DNA of 64,000 nucleotides. It comes from Spirochaetota bacterium. Lineage in GTDB: Bacteria > Spirochaetota > UBA4802 > JAGODF01. The notes under the pieces were generated by a model that had not been told where the DNA came from, ran no database searches, and saw nothing but the letters and a program-made list of their open reading frames with translations. This document shows positions 28,316 through 36,664 of the stretch, in pieces; the first letter of the stretch is position 1, and each line of letters begins with the position of its first letter. Made by a program: the position numbers and the translations under genes. The stretch covers positions 26,886 through 90,885 of the forward strand of contig JARKUF010000016.1 of NCBI GenBank assembly GCA_029974015.1, in the 5' to 3' direction.

Positions 28316-29206
28316 TCAACCCGTCAGGGAGATGGATATCTGGGTGCCGGGGAAAAGGCTGAGACCGTTTTTTCTGAATGAATGTGTGGCAGTCCCGGTT
28401 TTGCGGTTGTACATTACTGAGACCGAAGCATTTTCGGAACGGATAAATATACTTCCCCGGAGTTTTTCGATTATTGAGTTTACCTGGCTAAGACCGTAGC
28501 CGAATTCGCGCTTGCTTGATATCGTCGTAGTGAGGGCCATTTCAATAAGACTGGCCGGCGAATCGTAATTGATCCCCGATTTTAACGCGAAACTTTCCCG
28601 GATCCCTATTCCGGAATCCGAGATTACCAGGCGCACTATTTGTTGGGTGCCGTAGGAGTACGCCTGCATGGAAAGAAACCCGGAGTCGAGACTGTGTTCG
28701 TAAATGTTCTGGCATATCTCAGATATGACTGTGACAAAATAATCTACGTTGGTGTCGCTGATCCAGTTTTTGAGGAGATGTCTCGCTCTCTTGCGAAAAA
28801 CCGCTATAGCTCCTGAAATTGCCCTGATACTATCCCTCTCCTTGTTAGGGATGTCTGTTATCTCCACGAGGCTCCTGCTCTGAGGGCTGCGCTTGAGGAA
28901 AAAACGTTCATCCAGACTCTCCCTCATATTGAATACACACTTTTTGAAGAAATCCATACGGTAGAGATACTGGTGAACGGCCAGGGGGATGTTGCTCAGG
29001 GAGAGTTTTTCACCGGTATTTCTCAGGTAGTTCCTGCCTAGTAGCAAAAGGCCGATCATTGAATACGGTTCAATGAATGTCAGCTTCGACAGGTCGAGGC
29101 ATTCTACCTTGCCGGAGTAAAGCCTTGTTTGTAGGTTTAAAACCTCTTCGAAGGCGTATGAATCGTTGAAAGCGTCAGGTAACAGCAGTGAATTCCTGGA
29201 TGGCAC
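28316..29206 (-). CDS. Fused STAS-like N-domain + GHKL (RsbW/SpoIIAB-type) ATPase/kinase domain protein
   Basis: The N-terminus ...ECLDLSKLTFIEPYSMIGLLLLG... is STAS-like. The C-terminus has the GHKL boxes EICQNIYEHS (N box), LVISDSGIGI (G1) and GYGLSQVNSIIEKLRGSIFIRS (G2). Confidence 0.55.
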   Translation of the reverse strand: MPSRNSLLLPDAFNDSYAFEEVLNLQTRLYSGKVECLDLSKLTFIEPYSMIGLLLLGRNYLRNTGEKLSLSNIPLAVHQYLYRMDFFKKCVFNMRESLDERFFLKRSPQSRSLVEITDIPNKERDSIRAISGAIAVFRKRARHLLKNWISDTNVDYFVTVISEICQNIYEHSLDSGFLSMQAYSYGTQQIVRLVISDSGIGIRESFALKSGINYDSPASLIEMALTTTISSKREFGYGLSQVNSIIEKLRGSIFIRSENASVSVMYNRKTGTATHSFRKNGLSLFPGTQISISLTG

Positions 29207-29298
29207 CGCAAGTATCCCTTGGGAGCAAAAAAAACCCGCCTTTTCCCATTACGGCACAGTGAATCCAAAGCGCTGAGTGGATTTTTTTCATTTTGTTG

Positions 29299-29408
29299 TT
29301 GACAAAAAAACCAATATTTTATTTTTTGGTTATTAGTCGTCCTCCTATTTTTTTTGACGAACCTCCAAATCAACTCTTCAAGGGGATTTTATATCCCCTT
29401 TTTTTTTT
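29299..29408 (+). ncRNA. Candidate small RNA (orphan TTGACA-type promoter element to an orphan intrinsic terminator)
   Basis: TTGACA at 29299-29304. About 80 nt downstream is a strong terminator with no upstream plus-strand gene. The intervening sequence carries two CCUCC motifs (GTCGTCCTCCTATTTTTTTT, GACGAACCTCCAAATC). Confidence 0.2.
29382..29408 (+). terminator. Rho-independent terminator with no protein-coding gene upstream on its strand
   Basis: GGGGATTTTATATCCCC followed by T10. Confidence 0.6.
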
Positions 29409-29472
29409 GAAAAGCTGTAATAATCACCCGGGATCACAAAAATTGTTGCAGTTGGTAACGTTTATTTATTAT

Positions 29473-29577
29473 GTCAACCACCTCCGCCTGGCGGAAAACT
29501 TTAGTGCTGAGACTGCGAGTAGTTACAATTTATGGGAATCTTGAAAATTCAATTTTTAGAGGTTCCCAGCTATAGGG
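29473..29577 (+). repeat. MITE-like repeat, copy C (degenerate left half, intact right modules)
   Basis: GTCAACCACCTCCGCCTGGCGGAAAAC... then CTGCGAGTAGTTACAATTTATGGGAATC + TTGAAAATTCAATTTTTAGAGGTTCCC. Confidence 0.55.
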
Positions 29578-29698
29578 TATATACTGAAATACAGATATTC
29601 AAAAGTTGCAACTATTTTTGATATATCAGTGCCAAATTTTTTGAAATAAATTCATCGGGATGGAATGGGGAATGGTTTCCCGGACCACAATATAATTG

Positions 29699-29729
29699 TT
29701 GACGTAATATCTTTACATAAGGTATACTA
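29699..29729 (+). promoter_or_regulatory. Putative sigma-70 promoter reading toward bactofilin, through repeat copy D
   Basis: TTGACG-N19-TATACT (an 18-nt spacer if -35 is read as TGACGT), about 190 nt upstream of the bactofilin ATG. The intergenic element at 29787-29907 would be part of the 5' UTR. Confidence 0.3.
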
Positions 29730-29786
29730 TGATAAATTGTGCCCTATGTGTTTCGCGGCACGGTTGTTCAGGGTTATGTGGGTAAT

Positions 29787-29907
29787 GGCAACCTCTAATA
29801 TTTAGATACTCCCGCCCGCCGAAGTCGGTCGGGAATATCTAACTGCTGAATTTGCCGGTAGGTACATTCTTTGGGAAACTTAAAAATTTTAATTTTTAGA
29901 GGTTCCC
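29787..29907 (+). repeat. MITE-like modular repeat, copy D (full length), located in the bactofilin 5' leader
   Basis: GGCAACCTCTAATATTTAG + hairpin ATACTCCCGCCCGCCGAAGTCGGTCGGGAATAT + TGCCGGTAGGTACATTCTTTGGGAAAC + TTAAAAATTTTAATTTTTAGAGGTTCCC. It ends 15 nt before the bactofilin ATG. Confidence 0.7.
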
Positions 29908-29922
29908 TATTGTTGGGTTAAA

Positions 29923-30285
29923 ATGGCACGAGCGATAAAGCAAATCGAAGACAATATCGTCAACAGCATCATCGGGGAAGGGTCGGAGTTTAAGGGTGAA
30001 TTCAATATTAATGGGCTCCTCAGGATTGACGGCAAGTTCAAAGGAACCATCCAGACTGACGGCAAGGTGCTAATTGGAAAGTCGGGAGAGGCAGTGACCG
30101 ACATCAAGGCCCGTGTCGTGGTGGTGGGTGGATATGTGAAAGGAAATATTTTTGCCGGGGAGAGGGTTATCATGCTTTCCACGGGGAAGGTCACCGGCAA
30201 TATTATCACCCCGAGCCTAATTATGGAAGACGGCGTCATTTTCGAAGGAAACTGCATCATCAACAAAAAGGAAGAAATCGCCTGA
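29923..30285 (+). CDS. Bactofilin (DUF583 cytoskeletal protein)
   Basis: 120 aa with repeated beta-helix signature segments (...GKVLIGKSGEAVTDIKARVVVVGGYVKGNIFAGERVIMLSTGKVTGNI...). Confidence 0.8.
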   Translation: MARAIKQIEDNIVNSIIGEGSEFKGEFNINGLLRIDGKFKGTIQTDGKVLIGKSGEAVTDIKARVVVVGGYVKGNIFAGERVIMLSTGKVTGNIITPSLIMEDGVIFEGNCIINKKEEIA

Positions 30286-30303
30286 CTGGAAGGCGGTACC
30301 CAC

Positions 30304-30747
30304 ATGATCGAGATATATTCCACCAGTACCAAAAAAGAAGAAAAGACCAGGGTCAAAGGGAAGAAAAAAACCAACGTGGCGGTGCGGCGCGAAGAAACGT
30401 TTTCGGGCTCCCTTGAAAGCTGCCTCCAATTCAGGATAGAAGGGAGCCTGGATGAGCTCATGGATGAGTTAAAGGACCAGGAGCAAAGCTTTCTTGAAAA
30501 GCAAAATCTTTTTGAGCTTTCAAAGTATAAGGCTATTATACGGCATATACTTAAAATGGCCCTCGATGACGGTTTTAGGACGACGGTGTTGAAACGGGCC
30601 CGGGCGGACAGGTCAGACTATCTCATAGTACAGAAGATAAACGAAAAGATAGATTATATTCAGAGTAAGATTACAGGCGCCGCGGCTTTCAACTTGCTCA
30701 AGGAAATCGAGGAGATCAGGGGGCTTCTTCTGGATTTGACGTTTTGA
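30304..30747 (+). CDS. YaaR-like (DUF327-like) protein
   Basis: About 147 aa, with a charged N-terminal tail and a helical body. Its position immediately upstream of holB-ricT matches yaaR in Firmicute gene order. The family call is by context and weak similarity. Confidence 0.35.
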   Translation: MIEIYSTSTKKEEKTRVKGKKKTNVAVRREETFSGSLESCLQFRIEGSLDELMDELKDQEQSFLEKQNLFELSKYKAIIRHILKMALDDGFRTTVLKRARADRSDYLIVQKINEKIDYIQSKITGAAAFNLLKEIEEIRGLLLDLTF

Positions 30748-30854
30748 TCCGGCCGTGGCGGCCCGCCCAAACAGACGAAACTCAGCCCCGTATTTTTCAT
30801 GGCGCCCTCTAACATCCCGTCACTCCTGTGTAACACCTGGTCTCAAATCATGGT

Positions 30855-31859
30855 ATGGAAGGACCGCGTGAGTTGAATAATGTGTACAAAGATATAGTTG
30901 GTCATGCTCGTCTGAAAGGCGCACTGGCGGGGCTTCTTGAGGCGGGAACGATGCCCGGGACCGTTCTTTTCTACGGACATGCCGGTGTGGGTAAATGCAT
31001 GATGGCCCTGCGGACCGTCATGGCGCTCCATTGCCGGTCGGAGGCCCCCCCGTGTCTCATCTGCGGAGATTGCGTCAGATTGGAGGCCGGGGTCCATCCC
31101 GATTCAATTTTTGTTGCCCCCGGAGAGCGGGGGATCATACCCATCGGAAGCGAAGAGAAGAAGGAAGGCGGGTCCATCCGCTGGCTCCTCGAAAGACTCT
31201 CCCTCAGGTCGTTTTCCGGTGTCACCACCGCCGTTATCAATGGAGCAGATCGTATCAGGCCCGAGGGCCAGAACGCCCTTCTTAAAACGATAGAGGAACC
31301 GTCGCCGGGCACCTACCTTTTTTTAGTGGCGGCGGGGACTTCATCGCTTTTGCCGACTATCCTTTCTAGATGCATGAAAATGAAGTTCGGACCCCTCCGG
31401 GAAAGCGAGATATTGGGTATTCTTGAAAAAAAGAGGTTGCATGGCGAAAATTCTCCTGTAATAGCGGAAATCTGCGGCGGTTCCGCGGAATACGCCCTGC
31501 GTCTCGCCGGAGAATCGACCATCGAGGACTTCCGTGCGGCCGCGGAATGTGTGAGCTCCCTGGCAAGGGGAGGCATGCCTTCTCTCGCCGCCGTTTCGGT
31601 CCTGGAAAAAAAATTTGGAGGGGATTTTCTTCTCGAGATGCTTGTGAATATTTACAGAAGAAACCTTCTCGATCTCGTTAATCGTGAAGGAAAAGGCGGG
31701 ATTGTCGGGGATTTTTTTGGAAATGCGTTTCTTGACGGGACGGAGGATGTGGTCCGTATACAAAAAATCCTCTTAGCGGCAAGGAAAAGTATTGTAAGGA
31801 ACGTGGGGACCGTCAACGCCCTGAGGGGTGTTGCATATTCCGATGAATACGCCGTATAA
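30855..31859 (+). CDS. holB: DNA polymerase III subunit delta'
   Basis: A degenerate Walker-A region (GHAGVGK), the zinc-module CxxC pairs (CRSEAPPCLICGDC), and the SRC motif (LLPTILSRC), which is the hallmark of clamp-loader delta'/tau. Confidence 0.7.
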   Translation: MEGPRELNNVYKDIVGHARLKGALAGLLEAGTMPGTVLFYGHAGVGKCMMALRTVMALHCRSEAPPCLICGDCVRLEAGVHPDSIFVAPGERGIIPIGSEEKKEGGSIRWLLERLSLRSFSGVTTAVINGADRIRPEGQNALLKTIEEPSPGTYLFLVAAGTSSLLPTILSRCMKMKFGPLRESEILGILEKKRLHGENSPVIAEICGGSAEYALRLAGESTIEDFRAAAECVSSLARGGMPSLAAVSVLEKKFGGDFLLEMLVNIYRRNLLDLVNREGKGGIVGDFFGNAFLDGTEDVVRIQKILLAARKSIVRNVGTVNALRGVAYSDEYAV

Positions 31860-31924
31860 CGGCTGAAGGTAAACTTTATTTGGTTTTATAGGATGCCTTC
31901 GGCGGGAAAGGAAAATTTCCAGCA

Positions 31925-32046
31925 GGCAACCTCTAATATTTACGATTATCCGCCCGCCCAAGGCTGACGGAAAATGTTAAATGCTGAGTTTGTCAGTAGT
32001 TGCGATTTATGGGGACCTAAAAAATTTAATTTTTTGAGGTTTCTCC
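31925..32046 (+). repeat. MITE-like modular repeat, copy E
   Basis: GGCAACCTCTAATATTTACG + ATTATCCGCCCGCCCAAGGCTGACGGAAAATG + TTTGTCAGTAGTTGCGATTTATGGGGACC + TAAAAAATTTAATTTTTTGAGGTTTCTCC. A hairpin fragment GGATGCCTTCGGCGGGAAAGG lies just upstream at 31891-31920. Confidence 0.65.
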
Positions 32047-32070
32047 GAACGTTGAAAAGGACGGTGCGCC

Positions 32071-32940
32071 GTGGAAACACATGAAGTGACGAGCGTTAAA
32101 CTAAGGAACAGTTACCAAACTTGTATTGCGGATGTAAACCATCTTTTCGTGAAGAAAGGATCGCTTTGCATCTTGGAAACTGAACATGGCGTTGATATCG
32201 GGAAAATTTGCAAGCGGGGTATGTTCAGGGAAAGGAAAGAAATCAGCGGGAAACTCCTCAGGGTGCCGAACGGTGAGGACTTGAACCAGATACCTGATAT
32301 TGAGAACATCGAGCGGCGGGCCTTCGATGTGTGCCGAAACAAGGCGCGGGAAAAGAAACTGGATTTGAAACTGATCTCCGTGAAATGTCTCTTCGATAAA
32401 ACGAAGATCATTTTCTATTTTGTGGCTGAAAACCGTATCGATTTCCGCGAACTTGTCCGCGAGCTTGCTTCGGTGTTCAGAACCAGAATAGAAATGCGGC
32501 AGATCGGCGTGCGCGACGAGGCGAGACTCGTCGGAGGTTTCGGCCCCTGCGGCAGACAACTCTGCTGTACCCACATGAAAGACGGTTTCGATCCCGTTTC
32601 GATCAAGATGGCGAAGGAGCAGAACCTGAACCTCAACTCCCTGAAAATTTCGGGGATGTGCGGCAGGCTTCTGTGCTGCCTAAGCCATGAATATGAGGTG
32701 TACAAGGAACTATTCAGGGATTTCCCGACGCCCGGTTCGCAGGTCGATGTGGGAGGAAAGATATTCGTGGTGGAATCGATAGAACCGTTGAAAAGTAAAA
32801 TTAAGTTGAAGTTCCAGGACATGAGCATCGAAGTGTCTTCCAAGGACGTCATCAGGGAAAACAACAAAATTTCCGTAATGCCCAAGGTGGCCCAGCGTTT
32901 GCTCAACACCGCCGGAGACATTCAGGACGATGATTTTTGA
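32071..32940 (+). CDS. ricT: PSP1 C-terminal-domain protein (RicT/YaaT-like)
   Basis: Cys-containing PSP1 motifs (...GFGPCGRQLCCTHM...ISGMCGRLLCCLSHEY...). Positioned directly after holB as in Firmicutes. Confidence 0.65.
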   Translation: METHEVTSVKLRNSYQTCIADVNHLFVKKGSLCILETEHGVDIGKICKRGMFRERKEISGKLLRVPNGEDLNQIPDIENIERRAFDVCRNKAREKKLDLKLISVKCLFDKTKIIFYFVAENRIDFRELVRELASVFRTRIEMRQIGVRDEARLVGGFGPCGRQLCCTHMKDGFDPVSIKMAKEQNLNLNSLKISGMCGRLLCCLSHEYEVYKELFRDFPTPGSQVDVGGKIFVVESIEPLKSKIKLKFQDMSIEVSSKDVIRENNKISVMPKVAQRLLNTAGDIQDDDF

Positions 32941-32960
32941 CATGATCCGCAGAGGCTGAG

Positions 32961-34877
32961 ATGAAAAAGCTGTTTTATGTGACAACCCCGATTTACTACG
33001 TGAATTCCGAACCTCATATAGGGCATGCTTATACCACTATATTGGCGGACTTTCTGAAGCGTTTTTACATGATGATAGGTTATGACGCATATTTCCTTAC
33101 CGGGACGGACGAACACGGAGACAAGATAGCAAAGGCGGCCCAGGAGAACGGCGCTTCCCCTCAGGAATACACCGACAGGATCAGTTCCTCCTTCAAACAG
33201 GTCTGGAAAGAAATGGATTTGCAGTACGATGATTTCATCAGGACCTCCGAGGGGCGCCACCGAAAGGCGGTCCAGTCCATACTTCAGAAGGTGTACGACG
33301 GCGGCGATATATATTTCGGCAGTTATGGGGGATACTACTGTTTCGGATGCGAGAGATATTTCACAGAGAAAGAAATGTCGGACGGCAAGTGCCCTGACCA
33401 CGATACGAAGCTCGAATACATTGAAGAAAGCAACTACTTCTTCAAGATGAGCAAGTATCAGGGCTGGCTTATTAATCATATTAAGGCCAACCCGGATTTT
33501 ATCCGTCCCGAACGGTACCGCAATGAGGTTATGTCGCTTCTCGAGGGGGAGGTTCTGGAAGACCTGTGCATCTCCCGTCCTAAGGCGAGGCTCAAGTGGG
33601 GCATACCCCTTCCCTTCGATGAAAACTACGTTACCTATGTCTGGTTCGATGCCCTGATAAATTATGTGAGCGCACTGGGGTATCCTGACGGAGATACATT
33701 CCGGAAGTACTGGCCGGCGGCACAACACATAATCGCGAAGGACATCGTGAAGCCCCACGGTGTTTTCTGGCCCACGATGCTTAAAGCGGCGGGTATTGAG
33801 CCCTATCGGCACCTGAACGTTCACGGGTACTGGAACATGGAAGAGGCGAAGATGTCTAAAAGCCTTGGCAACGTTGTGCGTCCTGTGGATTTGATGAAGA
33901 AGTTTGGCGATGATCAGATACGGTATTTCTTCCTCAGAGAAATGACTTTCGGCCTCGACGCAAAGTTTTCAGAGGAATCGGTCATAAACCGCATCAACTA
34001 CGATCTGGCCAATGATCTCGGCAATATGGTGAAGAGGTCCTTCAATATGGCGGAGAGGTATTTCGGGGGGAAAGTGCCGCCGTATCCTCAGGAGGCGGTA
34101 CATGAACGGGATATTCTGAAGGAAAAATTTATCCGCGCCCTGGATGAATATGTTGATAATACCATGGCGTTCAGGTTTAATTCCGGAATCCAACATCTCT
34201 GGGAATTTATAGGCTCTTTAAACAAGTACATCGACGAAACAAAACCCTGGGTTCTGGCCAAAGAGGGGAAAACCGGCCATCTTTCCGCTGTGATTAGAAA
34301 CCTGCTGGAATCCTGCTTCGCCCTGGCCGTCGTTCTTTCGCCGGTCCTCAGGAACGCATCGGTTAAAATTCTTGAAGCCCTGGATATGGCAGGTTCGCAA
34401 TTCGATAGGATGAAGATCATAAGCCTGGATTCACTTGAGGACGGAGGGGCCGTGCGTGACGTGGGAGTACTCTTCCCAAAGCTCGAGAAGGAAGGATTGG
34501 AAGGCGACGCATCGGTAAAAAAGGAGCAGAAAATGGCGGAGAACGATGGACTCATAGACATAAAAGAATTTGCAAAGGTTGATATCCGGGTGGCGGAAAT
34601 CTTGAAGGCCGCCCGCATTGAAGGTTCTGACAAGCTCCTGGAGCTTGAAATCGATTCAGGCGGAGAAAGGCGCACACTGGTGGCCGGACTGGCGAAACAG
34701 TACGATGCGGAGTATCTGGTGGGGAAGAAAATCCTTCTGGTGGCCAACCTGAAGCCAGCCACTATCTTCAAAAGGACTTCGCAGGGTATGCTTCTCGCGG
34801 CAAAGAAAGAAAAAAACGATGCCCCGGTGCTCATCGAAATTGATCCATCGATACCGAACGGCGCCAGGCTTAGCTAA
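32961..34877 (+). CDS. metG: Methionine--tRNA ligase with a C-terminal tRNA-binding (EMAP-like) domain
   Basis: Class I signatures HIGHAYT and KMSKS, a Zn knuckle (CFGCERYF...CPDHDTKLE), and the C-terminal ...VDIRVAEILKAARIEGSDKLLELEIDSG... OB-fold tRNA-binding domain. Confidence 0.95.
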   Translation: MKKLFYVTTPIYYVNSEPHIGHAYTTILADFLKRFYMMIGYDAYFLTGTDEHGDKIAKAAQENGASPQEYTDRISSSFKQVWKEMDLQYDDFIRTSEGRHRKAVQSILQKVYDGGDIYFGSYGGYYCFGCERYFTEKEMSDGKCPDHDTKLEYIEESNYFFKMSKYQGWLINHIKANPDFIRPERYRNEVMSLLEGEVLEDLCISRPKARLKWGIPLPFDENYVTYVWFDALINYVSALGYPDGDTFRKYWPAAQHIIAKDIVKPHGVFWPTMLKAAGIEPYRHLNVHGYWNMEEAKMSKSLGNVVRPVDLMKKFGDDQIRYFFLREMTFGLDAKFSEESVINRINYDLANDLGNMVKRSFNMAERYFGGKVPPYPQEAVHERDILKEKFIRALDEYVDNTMAFRFNSGIQHLWEFIGSLNKYIDETKPWVLAKEGKTGHLSAVIRNLLESCFALAVVLSPVLRNASVKILEALDMAGSQFDRMKIISLDSLEDGGAVRDVGVLFPKLEKEGLEGDASVKKEQKMAENDGLIDIKEFAKVDIRVAEILKAARIEGSDKLLELEIDSGGERRTLVAGLAKQYDAEYLVGKKILLVANLKPATIFKRTSQGMLLAAKKEKNDAPVLIEIDPSIPNGARLS

Positions 34878-34946
34878 AAAAGAGCCCAAGTTCCACTCCT
34901 TTCAAAATTGGCTAACGGAGGCAGTACGGAGAGGACAGGGAACGAG

Positions 34947-35438
34947 ATGAAAATAGGAATACTTTCCGACACACATAACAATCTCGGCATGACAAAAAAA
35001 GCCGTCGAGGTTTTTAAAGAAAAAAAGGTGGACTTGGTAATCCATGCCGGCGATCTGACGTCGCCGAAGGTTCTCGAACTTTTCGGCCACTTGAAATGCC
35101 GCTTTGTTCTGGGGAACGGTGATATAGATGTTGAGATGATCAACAATAAATCTGAAGAGTTGGGTTTCGGGAAGGTGGAAGAGTTCTGCGATATTGAAAT
35201 CGAGGGGAAACGGATTTTTGTGTTCCATGGCAATAATGTGCCGCTTTTTCGGAAAACTGTGGCCTCGGGGAAATATCATTATATAATAAAAGGTCATACA
35301 CATTTTTTTGAAAACTACGTGTCAAACAAATCCAGGATCATAAATCCAGGGACCCTCTATGGGAATGATGAATGCACTGTGGCCATACTTGATACCGATC
35401 TGGATAGGGTGGTAAAGATCCGTATTGAGGATTCCTGA
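34947..35438 (+). CDS. Metallophosphoesterase, YfcE/MJ0936 family
   Basis: MKIGILSDTHNN... GDL...GNGD...GHTH metal-binding motifs. Confidence 0.7.
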   Translation: MKIGILSDTHNNLGMTKKAVEVFKEKKVDLVIHAGDLTSPKVLELFGHLKCRFVLGNGDIDVEMINNKSEELGFGKVEEFCDIEIEGKRIFVFHGNNVPLFRKTVASGKYHYIIKGHTHFFENYVSNKSRIINPGTLYGNDECTVAILDTDLDRVVKIRIEDS

Positions 35439-35605
35439 CCCGGTGCATTTAGAATTCTGGTCGGTATTCATCCGTAAAGCCGGGGGGCCTAAAAAAAATC
35501 CAAAAGATGGTATTATTATGTCGTATTTTGGTGGGCTGGCCCGGGTTTTTATTTCTTGACAGAATACCCCTCGTGCAGTAATTTAGGTTTTCTCAAAATT
35601 TCGGG

Positions 35606-36544
35606 GTGCGGATCACTGCGAACGTCGTGCAATTTTCGGAAAACGCATATGCCAAGGTCAATCTGCACCTTGAAATCCTCAACAGAAGACACGACGGGTA
35701 TCATAACATTTTCAGCCTCATGATATCAGTGGAGGAGAGTGATCTTTTAAAACTGGAAACTCTGGACGTGTACGACCGAGAAGGCCCAATAGAAGTCGAA
35801 ATAATTTCAGACGGGGGCAAGCACGAGTGGCTCCTGGCGACGATTCCAGTTTGGGACAACTTGATAACCCGGGCGGCAAGGGCGTATTTTAACAAGGCCG
35901 GAAAGTCGTGCAAAATTTCTCTTCACGTCGAGAAAAATATTCCCGCCGGGGGCGGCCTTGGCGGAGGCAGCAGCGATGCCGCAGCGATGCTCAGGCTCCT
36001 CAACTCTCAGCTCGATTATTACAGCAACGATGAGCTTATGAGACTGGCCGGAACTATCGGCGCCGATGTGCCGTACTGCCTGAGTGGAGGTTGCGCGATC
36101 TGCGAGGGCACGGGGAGCGAGGTTACGGTTCTCGACGGGGCCCTTGACTACTGGCTTCTCATTGCCAACAATAACGTGGCCGTCGATACCGGCGCCGCAT
36201 ACAGAGCTCTTGGCAGGAGCACCGAACACGACTCTGAGGCCGCGATGGCCGACCGGGCTGGTATAGACCAAAAGAAAATGCTTTTCGAGAAAGGTGTGGG
36301 CGCCAACGATCTCGGTGTTTTCAGGGCTGTCCTTAAAAATGATTTTGAACCTGTCATTTTTAAGGACCATCCTGAACTCGAAATGATAAAAAATTCGATG
36401 ATTGAGTACGGCGCCGATTACGCTGCGATGACCGGATCAGGCTCGAGCATAATCGGCGTTTTCAGGGATTACGATGTCGTTCGAGGCGCGGAAGCGAAGC
36501 TTGCGCCGTCCGCGGCGCAGCTTATTCTTACTCGGATAATTTAA
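35606..36544 (+). CDS. ispE: 4-diphosphocytidyl-2-C-methyl-D-erythritol kinase
   Basis: GHMP-kinase motif PAGGGLGGGSSDAAAML and the N-terminal KVNLHLEIL segment typical of IspE. Confidence 0.8.
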   Translation: MRITANVVQFSENAYAKVNLHLEILNRRHDGYHNIFSLMISVEESDLLKLETLDVYDREGPIEVEIISDGGKHEWLLATIPVWDNLITRAARAYFNKAGKSCKISLHVEKNIPAGGGLGGGSSDAAAMLRLLNSQLDYYSNDELMRLAGTIGADVPYCLSGGCAICEGTGSEVTVLDGALDYWLLIANNNVAVDTGAAYRALGRSTEHDSEAAMADRAGIDQKKMLFEKGVGANDLGVFRAVLKNDFEPVIFKDHPELEMIKNSMIEYGADYAAMTGSGSSIIGVFRDYDVVRGAEAKLAPSAAQLILTRII

Positions 36545-36664
36545 GGCAATCTCTAATAATTAGGTTTTTTCGTCCGCCGAAGCCGGGAGGAAAAACTTAA
36601 GCCCTGAGTATGCCAGCAGTTACAATTCATGAGAACTTCAAAAAATTATTTTTTAGAGGTTCCC
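36545..36664 (+). repeat. MITE-like modular repeat, copy F (full length), inserted between the ispE stop codon and tRNA-Gln
   Basis: GGCAATCTCTAATAATT + AGGTTTTTTCGTCCGCCGAAGCCGGGAGGAAAAACTT + ...TATGCCAGCAGTTACAATTCATGAGAAC + TTCAAAAAATTATTTTTTAGAGGTTCCC. TTAA abuts both ends (36541-36544, which includes the ispE TAA stop, and 36665-36668). Confidence 0.7.

Noticed and set aside
29299-29336. Assigning a precise -10 element to the TTGACA hexamer of the candidate sRNA
   Set aside because: No TAnnnT hexamer lies at 16-18 nt spacing. Only T-rich sequence or a TATTAG at 26 nt is available. The promoter call is therefore left tentative and the sRNA confidence is kept low.
29293-29544. 83-aa ORF on the plus strand in the gene-free region
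   Set aside because: It spans the orphan terminator hairpin/T-run and part of repeat copy C. It has low-complexity composition and no RBS.
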